A DNA stretch of 47,754 bases from Candidatus Latescibacterota bacterium (GCA_018335915.1 JAGXRL010000158.1:1-47754), one strand, 5' to 3'; numbered from the stretch's first letter, positions 8,407 through 18,034 are shown. The notes: generated from the letters alone by a model not told the origin. Made by a program: numbers and translations.

Positions 8407-9537
8407 ATGACCAAGCTGCACTTTAACTACAAAGATGTGTTTCGGGCATTGCGCCTCGCCTTCTCCGCAAAAAAATTAGCAATGATGATGTGGGGATGGT
8501 TTTTGGCGATGATAGGTTATATTGCGTTTACTTATATTGCGTTCATGTCAGCTGGATGGACTTTTATCGACACCTGGCAGATATATAAAATTTTCCCAAT
8601 CCCCGATACGCTTGCCTGGTACGGCTGGATTATCTGGTTTGTCGGCGTGATTTATGCCCTCATCGTATTTCTTATTACCGGCACGGCAATTGCCAAGGTT
8701 ACTTATGAACAGCTTAAAGGAGATGACTTTTTTCAGATGACCAAGGCGTTTAAATATGCGACCGAACGGATGAAGTCTGTGGTGATGAGTCCGTTTTTAG
8801 TTGGTCTGTTCATAGCGGCAATCGCGGTCTGTGGATTGATATTGTCACTCATTGGAAAGATTCCTTATTTTGGCGAACTGTTTACCGGCATCATGATAAT
8901 TCCGGCATTTGTCGCATCTCTGTTTATTGTTTATTTATTGATAATACTTTTGTTCTCGGTTTTGTTTACGCCGGCTATTGTCGGCACGACCGGCAATGAT
9001 ACTTTTGACTCTTTGTTTGAAGTGTTTTCCATGCTTAATGAACAGCCGGCTCGATTAATCTGGTACACAGTAATTCTCGCTTTCTTGGCAAAATTTGGCG
9101 CATTGGTTTTCGCATTTTTCATCCGCATTGCATTCAATGTCGGCGCTAATATCTTAACGGTTTTCATGGGCGATAAGATGATTGTTCTGGTTGAAAACGC
9201 GGCGTCTGCTTTTCGCCTCACGATTCCGTACTGGTGCCCAGAAGCGTACGCAATTTTATGGGACCGCTTGATAAGCATCTTCTGCGGACCAATGGCATTT
9301 ATGCCGCCTTCATATCAGACAGTTAATGCAACCATGACAATCGCATCAATAATCATGGTTTTAGTATATTATGGTTTGATATTGCTGGTAGTCAGTTATG
9401 GCATGACGGTCTGGTATACAGGTACAACCTGTGCGTATCTGGTGATTACTAAAAAGAAAGACGATAAAGATTTGTTAGCACAAACAGAAGAAATCGTGAC
9501 TGCTCAGATCCCGGAACCACCACCGGTAGATAAATAG
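8407..9537 (+). CDS. Polytopic membrane protein of unknown function
   Basis: GGAGG RBS; about 6-7 hydrophobic segments; 376 aa. Confidence 0.8.
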   Translation: MTKLHFNYKDVFRALRLAFSAKKLAMMMWGWFLAMIGYIAFTYIAFMSAGWTFIDTWQIYKIFPIPDTLAWYGWIIWFVGVIYALIVFLITGTAIAKVTYEQLKGDDFFQMTKAFKYATERMKSVVMSPFLVGLFIAAIAVCGLILSLIGKIPYFGELFTGIMIIPAFVASLFIVYLLIILLFSVLFTPAIVGTTGNDTFDSLFEVFSMLNEQPARLIWYTVILAFLAKFGALVFAFFIRIAFNVGANILTVFMGDKMIVLVENAASAFRLTIPYWCPEAYAILWDRLISIFCGPMAFMPPSYQTVNATMTIASIIMVLVYYGLILLVVSYGMTVWYTGTTCAYLVITKKKDDKDLLAQTEEIVTAQIPEPPPVDK

Positions 9538-9613
9538 AAGACGATTCGGTAAGAGCAAGAAAAACAGAAAAGGGTTTTAAAACAGATAAAATTTTAGTAT
9601 AATATATATATAT

Positions 9614-10519
9614 ATGCAATCAGAGCCAATGTGCGTGCCCTGTGTAATCAAACAGTGCGAACGGATTGTCCGCGCCCTGCTAACAACAGGCACCCCGCCC
9701 ATTACGCAACTGGTATCGCAAATCCGAAATCACGCTTTAAACATGGCTGCGCAACTTAGTTTAGACGACCCGCCCAGCAAATATACTTCCCAGGTGCTGG
9801 AAAAGGTATACGAACTTTTGCAGGCAGACGACCCGTACCAAAAAATAAAACTTGAACAGAACGAAACCGGCAAAAAGATTTACCATCATTTCGCCAAAGA
9901 GATTGCCCGGGCAGCCGACCCGATTCATTTTGCAATAAGATTTGCCGCTTCAGGTAATATTATTGACGTTGGGCCATCAGAAATATATTCAGCGCACAGT
10001 GCGGCAACACCTTATTTTGAAGAGATCAATAAAATGGTTAATCAACCGCTTAAAATTGACAACTATAAAATCTTTCAGGAGAAGTTTCGCAGCGCGGAGA
10101 ATATTTTATATATTCTTGATAATGCCGGCGAGATTTATTTGGACAAGCTTTTAATCGAGCGCCTTAAAGGGCCGGCAATTACTCTGGTGGTAAAAGCTCA
10201 GCCGATTCTCAACGACGCCTTGATAGTTGATGCGCTTGAAGCCGGATTAAACAATTTTGGGAAAATAATTACGGTTAACCCGAAAAACAAGCCCCGTTAT
10301 TTGGGCGTAGATTTCTCGTGCCTGACCGACGAATTCATGCAAGCATTTGAATCAGCCGATATGGTTATTGCCAAAGGACACGCAAATTTCGAATCACTAG
10401 TTGACTGTGAACGGGATTGCTTTTTTATCCTGATGGCAAAATGTCCGGTTGTGGCGAGAAAGCTGGGCGTCGAGATTAAAGACCGGGTTTTATATTATTC
10501 GGCAAACAAAGGAGATTAG
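9614..10519 (+). CDS. DUF89/ARMT1-like damage-control phosphatase
   Basis: N-terminal CVPC, DPY..K, GNIID, DNAGE, KGHANFESL, KCPVVA. Confidence 0.9.
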   Translation: MQSEPMCVPCVIKQCERIVRALLTTGTPPITQLVSQIRNHALNMAAQLSLDDPPSKYTSQVLEKVYELLQADDPYQKIKLEQNETGKKIYHHFAKEIARAADPIHFAIRFAASGNIIDVGPSEIYSAHSAATPYFEEINKMVNQPLKIDNYKIFQEKFRSAENILYILDNAGEIYLDKLLIERLKGPAITLVVKAQPILNDALIVDALEAGLNNFGKIITVNPKNKPRYLGVDFSCLTDEFMQAFESADMVIAKGHANFESLVDCERDCFFILMAKCPVVARKLGVEIKDRVLYYSANKGD

Positions 10520-10547
10520 ATTATCGGGATGCAGATTTTCGACAGAA

Positions 10548-10622
10548 ACCACAAAGACACAAAAGCACGAAGGGCACAAAGATTTTCTCTTGATTTTCTC
10601 TGTGTCTCGGTGTCTCTGTGGT
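10548..10622. repeat. 9-bp-period inverted-repeat hairpin (CACARAG / CTCTGTG family)
   Basis: ACCACAAAGACACAAAAGCACGAAGGGCACAAAG mirrored by CTCTGTGTCTCGGTGTCTCTGTGGT. Confidence 0.75.
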
Positions 10623-10661
10623 GTTTTTTCTGCGTTCTCTTTTCTTTGCGTGCTATCTGAT

Positions 10662-10883
10662 ATGTGTTTGGCAATACCATCGAAGATTGTTTCTAAAAAA
10701 GGCGATACCGCAGTGGTTGATGTGTACGGCGTACAAAGAGAAGCAAACCTGATGTTATGTCCTGAGGCAAAAGTCGGCGATTATATTATTATGCACGCCG
10801 GTTTCGCCATTCACATCTTAGACAAAAAAGATGCTGAAGAAACCCTGCAGATGTTTAAAGACATTGAAAATATGCAAAAGTGA
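10662..10883 (+). CDS. hypC: Hydrogenase maturation chaperone HypC (true start 10662, not 10449)
   Basis: Canonical N-terminus MCLAIP; VGDYIIMHAGFAI; 73 aa. Confidence 0.95.
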   Translation: MCLAIPSKIVSKKGDTAVVDVYGVQREANLMLCPEAKVGDYIIMHAGFAIHILDKKDAEETLQMFKDIENMQK

Positions 10884-10906
10884 AACCTTTTAAAGGAATT
10901 TTCGTA
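10881..10906 (+). promoter_or_regulatory. ECF (SigW-type) promoter upstream of the PDZ gene
   Basis: TGAAAC-16 nt-CGTA, same layout as the site at 26656. Confidence 0.65.
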
Positions 10907-11034
10907 TAATATAAGGATGAGAAAAATTATGCGTAAACAGAACGAAACGAACAATAAAAATAAACAGACCGTGCGCAAAGAGCAATTTATTGCGCAACGG
11001 CTTTTCTTGATTTAATAAAACGAAAGGAGATTGT

Positions 11035-12624
11035 ATGACCAAATCTCACAAATTACTTGTTGCGCTACTAATTCTTACCCTTAGCGCAATAATTTTACCA
11101 GTCGCAGCCGGAGACATGTGCGATGAATGCAAAAAGAATCCGGAAAAATGCAATTTAGCAACCGGTGGTATCTGTGATAATCCAGAAGGCTGTTCTGACA
11201 TTTCCAATCCCCAGCCAGACAAGAAAACAATTGCCAAAAAAGTAGTAGTATTGTCACCAGACGACAATCGCGGGTTTCTCGGCGTGTATGCACAAACCGA
11301 AGATGCCGGTGTTGTGATTGAACAGGTTATATCAGAAAGCCCAGCTGAAAAAGCAGGTATTACCAAAGGCATGATCATAACCGCGGTTAAAGGCAATAAA
11401 ATAAAAACCCGAGAAGAATTAATCGATTTGTTGAAAAATACCAGTCCGGGCGACACGGTTTTGGTTACAGTAAAATCAGACGGTAAAGAAAAATCCACCA
11501 AAGTTGTCTTGGACAAGGCGCCGAAAGCAGAATCGCGCGAGATTGAAATACAAGCTAAATGGGATGATTGTATTCACCAGGATATGAAAACAATAATGGG
11601 CAAGCACGAGGAGTGTCAAAAGCACAGTATGAAAATGAATATGAAAATGACGCCTTCTGATTGTAAAATGCATTGCCCAATGATGAAAATGCCTGAGGCG
11701 CCTCACCTAGAAGTACGCGGATTTATTGGTATCGCAACTGAAGAAGACAAGGGAAAACTGGTAATTACAAGAGTCATTCCAGAAAGCCCGGCTGAAAAAG
11801 AAGGGTTAAAACCGGGCGATATTATTCTCCAAATCAATGACATTGCAGTCGCAAAACCGGGGCAGTTGGTTGAAGTGTTAAAAACAACCAAACCGGGCGA
11901 TATAGCGCATTTAAAAATAAATTCTGCTGGACTGGAAAAAATGATGCATATTAAACTGGCTCCTTCACCGGCTCAGGCAAAAATGCCTATGCGAGAAATG
12001 AAATATCGAACGCCCCGGCGTTATACCAAACCTGGTCGCGGCGCCGTTTATTTTGGTCCAGGGGTTACCATGTTTAAGTACGGCGAATTAAACGCGCTGT
12101 TTGCGAATCAAGGATTCGACGCAATAAACAGTCGTCAGTTTACATTCGGCGGCGGCGGTTGGGGGCAGACAGGCAGAGTCAGATTGGGCGGACATGGAAT
12201 GGGCGGCGGACAAACGCTGGTTAATGATTCGGTCAGCGTCGAAGTTGGTTATGGAGTCGGATTTTTTGAAATCGGGTATTCATTAATAAATGCCAAACAT
12301 TTTATTTTTACTCCGATGCTCGGAATCGGCGGCGGCGGCCTGGGTATGAAAATCATTGCCCGATATCCCCCTGCGAGCATAGATTCGCTTTTATCATATC
12401 CAGGTGGCCAGTCACAGGTTTCAATGGGCGGACTAGCAATGTATCCTGGTCTTGCAATCGATATTCCGATTAGTTTTGTCGGGTTAAGCTTAAAAGGCGG
12501 TTATATTTGGTCGCCAATTAGCTCAGGCTGGATCCACGAAGGGTTTGGCGCAATCCGAGGACCAGATATAAATCTAAGCGGACCATTCGCATCATTCGGC
12601 ATAATGTTCGGCGGCGGAAAATAA
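11035..12624 (+). CDS. Exported protein: Cys-rich N-terminus, two PDZ domains, Met/His-rich linker, Gly-rich beta-barrel-like C-terminal domain
   Basis: Signal peptide; RGFLGV...SPAEKAGI and RGFIGI...SPAEKEGLKPGD PDZ repeats; amphipathic strands at the C-terminus; AGGAG RBS. Confidence 0.8.
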   Translation: MTKSHKLLVALLILTLSAIILPVAAGDMCDECKKNPEKCNLATGGICDNPEGCSDISNPQPDKKTIAKKVVVLSPDDNRGFLGVYAQTEDAGVVIEQVISESPAEKAGITKGMIITAVKGNKIKTREELIDLLKNTSPGDTVLVTVKSDGKEKSTKVVLDKAPKAESREIEIQAKWDDCIHQDMKTIMGKHEECQKHSMKMNMKMTPSDCKMHCPMMKMPEAPHLEVRGFIGIATEEDKGKLVITRVIPESPAEKEGLKPGDIILQINDIAVAKPGQLVEVLKTTKPGDIAHLKINSAGLEKMMHIKLAPSPAQAKMPMREMKYRTPRRYTKPGRGAVYFGPGVTMFKYGELNALFANQGFDAINSRQFTFGGGGWGQTGRVRLGGHGMGGGQTLVNDSVSVEVGYGVGFFEIGYSLINAKHFIFTPMLGIGGGGLGMKIIARYPPASIDSLLSYPGGQSQVSMGGLAMYPGLAIDIPISFVGLSLKGGYIWSPISSGWIHEGFGAIRGPDINLSGPFASFGIMFGGGK

Positions 12625-12643
12625 ATTATAAGAAATTTCTTAA

Positions 12644-12676
12644 CGCCGGAGTTTTTATACTCCGGCGATTTATTTT
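12644..12676 (+). terminator. Intrinsic terminator after the PDZ gene
   Basis: CGCCGGAGT-loop-ACTCCGGCG followed by ATTTATTTT. Confidence 0.7.
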
Positions 12677-12714
12677 AATACATCTAAAATGAAAACAAAA
12701 TGTCAACTAATCCG

Positions 12715-13043
12715 CATATTATTTTTAATGGATTTTTTCATCTAATCTACTAACAACCAACAACTAACATCTAAAAACTGGTTTCGATGGGGTAGGGCGT
12801 AGGGGGTCGGTCTTAAATGCGGGTGGAAAATAACAAAAGAAGCGGGAAATTAAGATAAAATATGCGCGGGTTAAAGAATCGGATTGGATTTTAAGATAAA
12901 AATATAGATGCGTTATAAGCAGATACAAGAAACAGAAAAGAGGTGTGTGCGCGGACGCATAGTCAGAACCGGATACGGATGAAAAACCGCGAAGCAAGCA
13001 GGAAACGAAGAGGGGATTAAAAATTGATTTATTTTTTGTAATT
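12715..13043 (-). repeat. Composite non-coding element, copy A (homologous to 31009-31335)
   Basis: Minus strand: AATTA..CAATTTTT, ~250 nt pyrimidine-rich tract, then AGTTTTTAGATGTTAGTTGTTGGTTGTTAGTAGATT. Confidence 0.55.
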
Positions 13044-13111
13044 AATGGCGTTTTTTAGATAAAACACTAAGCCGTTTTTTAAATTGCGTCAAATAATAAT
13101 TGTATTATATT

Positions 13112-13241
13112 GAGAGCTCGGAAAAACTCGCTCTCTTGATTACCCAGATTTTGAGGGATTTCACAGATACCCATTTTTATTGGTTTTAATCTGTGTAATC
13201 TTGTTTTTAATCGGTGTAATCAGGACTTTTTCAGAAGTCTC
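13112..13241. mobile_element. 130-bp MITE with IS1182/IS5-like ends
   Basis: Ends GAGAGCTCGGAAAAACTC / GACTTTTTCAGAAGTCTC; ATATT duplicated at 13107-13111 and 13242-13246; internal GATTAC..CACAGAT / ATCTGTG..GTAATC hairpin. Confidence 0.65.
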
Positions 13242-13278
13242 ATATTACAGCTTATATTTTGAAAATCTGTATTCTGAT

Positions 13279-13752
13279 TTATTGATTGTTCGGTTTTCTG
13301 ATTGTTAACACTGGTTGTTTTGCCAGGCGGATAACTTTTTCAGCAACCGAGCCAAATACAAAGTGTTTCCAGCCAGTCCGACCGTGCGTGGCAATAACTA
13401 CTAAATCTATTTTCTCCTTATCCGCAATATTTAATATCTGTTCTGCGGCATCGCCATAAGCAATTATTGGCACTGCTTTAATTTTCTTGGACACCGATTT
13501 TTTAAGCAGCTTTTCCAGCTCGGTTTTTGCTGACTCCTCGAGAGATTTACGATACGCAACCAAATCAATGCTTCCCGGAATGCCGGAAGTCGTAAATGCG
13601 GGCGGCGCGGACAACAACGGCACCGGCGTTACGATGTTTACGATATAAAGTTTGGCTGAATAGGATAATGCCATGTCATTGGCAATTTTTAACGCTTCAA
13701 TCGACGGAGTGCTGAAATCGGTTGGACACAGTATTTTTTTAATTTTTATCAT
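13279..13752 (-). CDS. Universal stress protein (UspA family)
   Basis: KILCPTDFS, DLVVIATHGRTG, FGSVAEKVIR, PVLTIR. Confidence 0.95.
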   Translation of the reverse strand: MIKIKKILCPTDFSTPSIEALKIANDMALSYSAKLYIVNIVTPVPLLSAPPAFTTSGIPGSIDLVAYRKSLEESAKTELEKLLKKSVSKKIKAVPIIAYGDAAEQILNIADKEKIDLVVIATHGRTGWKHFVFGSVAEKVIRLAKQPVLTIRKPNNQ

Positions 13753-13909
13753 TTTTGCCTCCAGTCTTTTTAAACAGATTGTTATAATGTAGATTAACTC
13801 ATAGAATATAAAAAGTCAAGCGGTTTTCTAAAAGCGATGAAAGGGTAACAATATCTGTCTTTACAAATTTTTAAAAATCAGTATACTTATTACCGATTAA
13901 TTATATATT

Positions 13910-14398
13910 ATGGCGATAAGAATATTTACGACCGGCGGAACATTTGACAAAGAATATGACGAGATAAAAGGCAGGCTGTTTTTTAAGCATACACAAGTTC
14001 CGGAAATGTTACGACTGGGACGGTCTCGGCTTAAAATCAAGATGAGTTCTTTAATGATGGTCGACAGCCTGGAAATGACACAGGCGCACCGCGAAACGAT
14101 TATTCGGCACTGCCAAAAAACACAAGAAGAACGCATTTTGATAATTCACGGCACAGACACAATGGCGAAAACCGCGCAGGTTTTGGGTAAACGGATTAGA
14201 AACAAAACAATCGTCTTGACCGGTGCGATCATTCCGTATAAATTTGGCAGTTCAGATGGATTGTTTAATTTGGGTAGTTCGCTTGCTTTTGTCCAGACCC
14301 TACCGCACGGAGTATATATTTCTATGAACGGTAAATGGTTTGTTTGGCATAATGTTAAAAAGAACAAGCAAACCGGCGAATTTGAAAAAATCAGATAA
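13910..14398 (+). CDS. Short asparaginase-domain protein
   Basis: TTGGTFDK, HGTDTM, VLTGA motifs; N-terminal asparaginase domain only. Confidence 0.9.
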   Translation: MAIRIFTTGGTFDKEYDEIKGRLFFKHTQVPEMLRLGRSRLKIKMSSLMMVDSLEMTQAHRETIIRHCQKTQEERILIIHGTDTMAKTAQVLGKRIRNKTIVLTGAIIPYKFGSSDGLFNLGSSLAFVQTLPHGVYISMNGKWFVWHNVKKNKQTGEFEKIR

Positions 14399-14499
14399 CT
14401 GTACAGTATTTATAACAGAACATCTGAGAAAAAGGGCTTTTCGCTTATAATAAACCGCGCTATTTCCGGAGCAGACTCCGGAAAAAGACGCAGCTCATA

Positions 14500-14530
14500 A
14501 AAGGGCACGACAATTGCAGTTGTGCCCTTT
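14500..14530. terminator. Hairpin (bidirectional terminator or REP-like) between the asparaginase gene and rplM
   Basis: AAAGGGCAC...GTGCCCTTT; a second hairpin TTTCCGGAG/CTCCGGAAA at 14463-14484. Confidence 0.55.
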
Positions 14531-14565
14531 ACATATTAAAAACATATTAAAATGTAAGTCAAGTC

Positions 14566-14594
14566 TTGACAAAAGACATTTTTTAAGGTATAAA
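14566..14594 (+). promoter_or_regulatory. sigma70 promoter of the rplM operon
   Basis: TTGACA-17 nt-TATAAA, 13 nt before the ATG; no SD. Confidence 0.7.
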
Positions 14595-14607
14595 TATTGA
14601 TTATATT

Positions 14608-15051
14608 ATGAAAAGTTATGTTGGTAAAATAAGTGATGTAAAAAGAGAATGGTATTTGTTTGATGCGAATGGCAAGACCCTGGGTCGTTTCGCAACTAAA
14701 ATTGCCCGGGTTTTAACCGGCAAAGACAAGCCGACCTTTACTCCACACATTGACAGCGGTGATTTTGTTATTGTTGTCAATGCTGCTTCTTTTCGGGTAA
14801 CCGGCAAAAAGATGACCGATAAGTTTTATTATCGGCACTCTGGATACCCAAGTGGTTTAAAACAGACCAGTTTAAGGGATATGCTTGCCAAACATCCGAC
14901 CCGGGTTTTAGAGCTTGCCGTGAAACGGATGCTTCCCAAAAACCGGATGCAGGCACGGCGCATGAAACGGCTCATGATTTATGCAGACGCAAATCACCCG
15001 CATCAAGCACAAAAACCGATTGTTATTGAAGACTCCAAGACTAAAGGATAA
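14608..15051 (+). CDS. rplM: 50S ribosomal protein L13
   Basis: WYLFDA, LGRFAT, GKDKPTFTPHIDSGD, HSGYPSGLK, HPHQAQKP. Confidence 0.99.
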   Translation: MKSYVGKISDVKREWYLFDANGKTLGRFATKIARVLTGKDKPTFTPHIDSGDFVIVVNAASFRVTGKKMTDKFYYRHSGYPSGLKQTSLRDMLAKHPTRVLELAVKRMLPKNRMQARRMKRLMIYADANHPHQAQKPIVIEDSKTKG

Positions 15052-15058
15052 ATAAAAT

Positions 15059-15448
15059 ATGAAAGATAGTATTTTTGCGACCGGCTCAAGAAAAACCGCG
15101 ACTGCCAAAGTGTGGTTGTCTCCTGGCAAAGGCAATATCAAGATTAATAACCAGGAAGCGAAAAAATATTTGGGACGCGACGACCTGCTTGACCTGGTGG
15201 TCTCGCCGCTCAAAACCACGGGCTTAGAAGCACAATACGATGTACTGTGTAAAGTTATCGGAGGCGGAGTTTCGGCGCAGGCAGCAGCAATTGCTTTGGG
15301 CACAGCCCGAGCATTGGTACAGAAGAACGAAGAGTTACGAAAAACATTAAAAAGCGCAGGACTCTTAAAACGCGACCCGCGAGAAAAAGAACGGATGAAG
15401 TACGGTCTTGCCAAAAGAAGGAAACGCTTCCAATGGACCAAACGATAA
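15059..15448 (+). CDS. rpsI: 30S ribosomal protein S9
   Basis: ATGSRKTATA, GGGVSAQA, RDPREKERMKYGL, QWTKR. Confidence 0.99.
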   Translation: MKDSIFATGSRKTATAKVWLSPGKGNIKINNQEAKKYLGRDDLLDLVVSPLKTTGLEAQYDVLCKVIGGGVSAQAAAIALGTARALVQKNEELRKTLKSAGLLKRDPREKERMKYGLAKRRKRFQWTKR

Positions 15449-16167
15449 CGATAAAAGACTTATTAGAAGCAGGAGTTCATTTTGGGCACCGGGCCCGACG
15501 CTGGAATCCTAAAATGAAGCCGTATATTTTCGGTAAAAAGGACGATATATTTATTATTGATTTGGAAAAAACCATGGACCGCATTAAAGTTGCGGCCGAT
15601 GCGATGCGCCGGGTTGCCGAACTTGGCCAGGATGTGCTTTTTGTCGGAACCAAACAACAGGCTAAACCAATTATTGAAGAAGAAGCAAAACGGTGTGGCG
15701 CGTTTTATGTGAGTGAACGCTGGCTCGGCGGTCTTTTGACTAATTTTGAAGTCGTATCAAATCGGATTGCCCGTTTAGTTGAATTAGAGCGGATCCTCAA
15801 TGAAGGACGCACCGGTAAATATACAAAAAAAGAGACCTTGAAACTGGAACGCGAGCACAAAAAGTTAATGAAGATTTTTGCCGGAGTTAAAGAGATGGAC
15901 CGGCTGCCCGGAATAATCTATCTGGTTGATGTGGTCCGGGAAGCAACCCCATTAGCTGAAGCACGGCGGTCAAAGATTCCGGTGATTGCGATGATTGATA
16001 CCAACGGCGACCCCGAGAAAATCGATTATCCGATTCCGAGCAATGACGATGCACTGCGTTCGATAAAACTTATTACCAGTATTATGGCAAACTCAGTGCT
16101 CGAGGGTAGAAAAGGATTTGCCGACGATGTTGAAGCCGAAACCGGAACCGAGGCGACGGAACAATGA
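15433..16167 (+). CDS. rpsB: 30S ribosomal protein S2
   Basis: LLEAGVHFGH, WNPKM, RWLGGLLTN, IPSNDDA; overlaps rpsI by 16 nt. Confidence 0.99.
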   Translation: MDQTITIKDLLEAGVHFGHRARRWNPKMKPYIFGKKDDIFIIDLEKTMDRIKVAADAMRRVAELGQDVLFVGTKQQAKPIIEEEAKRCGAFYVSERWLGGLLTNFEVVSNRIARLVELERILNEGRTGKYTKKETLKLEREHKKLMKIFAGVKEMDRLPGIIYLVDVVREATPLAEARRSKIPVIAMIDTNGDPEKIDYPIPSNDDALRSIKLITSIMANSVLEGRKGFADDVEAETGTEATEQ

Positions 16168-16760
16168 AAATATCAATGGAATTGCTGACCAGTCTCAGGG
16201 CAAGAACCGGCTCGGGTGTTTTGGATTGCAAAGAAGCGCTCGAACAAACCAACGGTGACATTGAAAAAGCCATAGAATATCTGCGAAAAAAAGGCATTGC
16301 CGCGGCAGCTAAAAAAGCTGAGCGCGCAACCGCGCAAGGCGTGATTGATGCCTATATTCATCCTGGCGAGCGGCTCGGCGTAATCGTTGAAATTAATTGC
16401 GAGACCGACTTTGTCGCTCGCAACCAAGAGTTTCGAAGGTTTGTGCACGACATTGCGATGCAAATTGCGGCGACCGACCCGCAGGCAATTTCCCGGGAAG
16501 ATATCAAACCGGAAATAATTGAGACAGAGAAAAAGATTTATGAAGAACAGATGGTTGATTCTAACAAACCAAAACAAGTTATCGAAAAAATTGTTCAAGG
16601 AAAACTAGAAAAATATTTTACCGATGTTTGTCTTTTAGAACAACCGTTTGTCAAAACCCCGGAAAGAAAAGTCGGCGATTATCTCAAAGAACAGATTGCC
16701 AAATACGGCGAAAATATCCGCATTAAGCGATTTGTTCGATTCAAGCTCGGCGAAGATTAA
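16164..16760 (+). CDS. tsf: Elongation factor Ts (short form)
   Basis: LRARTG..DCKEAL, EINCETDFVA, CLLEQPFVK, RFVRFKLGE. Confidence 0.98.
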   Translation: MKISMELLTSLRARTGSGVLDCKEALEQTNGDIEKAIEYLRKKGIAAAAKKAERATAQGVIDAYIHPGERLGVIVEINCETDFVARNQEFRRFVHDIAMQIAATDPQAISREDIKPEIIETEKKIYEEQMVDSNKPKQVIEKIVQGKLEKYFTDVCLLEQPFVKTPERKVGDYLKEQIAKYGENIRIKRFVRFKLGED

Positions 16761-16795
16761 TATAGTGTTAGCCGATAGCGATTAGCTATTAGCAA

Positions 16796-17464
16796 ATGAA
16801 ATTTAAGCGCTGTATTTTAAAACTTACCGGCGAAGCATTTTCAGACCCCAGCGCCCTTGATAAAATCGCAAATGAAATTAAACAGAGTTATCATCCCAAA
16901 TTAGAACTGGCAATTGTTTTGGGTGGCGGCAACTTTTTCCGGGGGCGAAACGCCGCATTGAGAGATAAACTTGTTACGGACCGGGCCGGTATGCTCGGTA
17001 CCGTGATAAACGGTATTTTATTGGAAAATATTCTAAAACCATTTGCAGCCCATTTAAGCGCGCTCGATATCAAAGGTTTTGTCACATATTATCAAATTGA
17101 AAAGGCATTAGAATATTTACAACTGAAAAAAATACTGATTTTATCTGGCGGGACCGGATTGCCACATTTTACCACTGACACCGCGACTGCTTTGCGCGCC
17201 TGTGAATTGAACGCCGATTTGATTCTCAAGGCAACCAATGTGGATGGAGTGTATAGCACTGACCCGAACAGAGACCCGGCAGCAAAATTAATAAAAAAAA
17301 TCAGTTATAAAGAAACAATTAATAAAAATTTAAAAATAATGGACCAGCAGGCATTTGCATTATTGCAAGACCGCAAGATTCCGTTGTTAGTATTTAATAT
17401 ATTTAAACACGGCAACTTAAAAAAAGCATTAGCTGGTCGTCAAATAGGGAGCATGGTATGTTAG
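16796..17464 (+). CDS. pyrH: Uridylate kinase
   Basis: LKLTGE, GGGNFFRG, GMLGTVIN, FTTDT, VDGVY, KIMD. Confidence 0.97.
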   Translation: MKFKRCILKLTGEAFSDPSALDKIANEIKQSYHPKLELAIVLGGGNFFRGRNAALRDKLVTDRAGMLGTVINGILLENILKPFAAHLSALDIKGFVTYYQIEKALEYLQLKKILILSGGTGLPHFTTDTATALRACELNADLILKATNVDGVYSTDPNRDPAAKLIKKISYKETINKNLKIMDQQAFALLQDRKIPLLVFNIFKHGNLKKALAGRQIGSMVC

Positions 17465-18015
17465 AAAATCTTTATAAAACAAGCAAGGATAAGATGCAGA
17501 AAACAACTGATCTTTTGTCCCTGGAGCTTTCTAAAATCAGAACCGCCCGGGCAAATCCAGCAATTTTAGACGAAGTTAAGGTTAACTATTACGGTTCGGT
17601 TACGCCTTTAAAGCAGGTCGCGTCGATCTCGGCACCCGAGCCAAGAATGCTCGTGGTTCAGCCCTGGGACCGCAATGCAATGTCGGAAATTGAAAAAGCG
17701 CTTCAAAAAGCAGAACTTGGTTTAAATCCGATTGTTGAAGGGAATCTGATTCGTCTGCCGATTCCGGCTTTAACCGAAGAGCGCCGCAAGGAACTGGTTA
17801 AACTCTGCCATAAACTGGCCGAAGATACTAAAATTGCTGTGCGTAACATTCGTCGCGAAGGTAACGAAGCGATTAAAAAACTCCAAAAAGATAAAAAAAT
17901 CAGTGAGGATGACTCGGAAAAAGGAAATAAAAAAATCCAGGAATTTACCGACGAGTTTATAAAAAACATTGATGTGCTATTCGGGAAAAAAGAAAAAGAA
18001 ATCCTGGAAAAATAA
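17458..18015 (+). CDS. frr: Ribosome recycling factor
   Basis: IRTARANP, YYG..TPL, PALTEERRKELVK, AVRNIRR. Confidence 0.98.
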   Translation: MLENLYKTSKDKMQKTTDLLSLELSKIRTARANPAILDEVKVNYYGSVTPLKQVASISAPEPRMLVVQPWDRNAMSEIEKALQKAELGLNPIVEGNLIRLPIPALTEERRKELVKLCHKLAEDTKIAVRNIRREGNEAIKKLQKDKKISEDDSEKGNKKIQEFTDEFIKNIDVLFGKKEKEILEK

Positions 18016-18034
18016 CTCAATACTTAAAAAAGCC

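Noticed and set aside
10449..10661. N-terminal extension of HypC in the ORF track
   Set aside because: It is translated repeat hairpin; HypC needs Cys2 of MCLAIP at 10662.
10917..11015. 32-codon ORF upstream of the PDZ gene as a leader peptide
   Set aside because: No regulatory codon run or attenuator evident; cannot be supported.
12788..12810. G-quadruplex (GGGGTAGGGCGTAGGGGGTCGG)
   Set aside because: The fourth run has only two G and the motif is not conserved in copy B.
12764..12997. 77-aa ORF
   Set aside because: Low-complexity translation of the composite element; no RBS.
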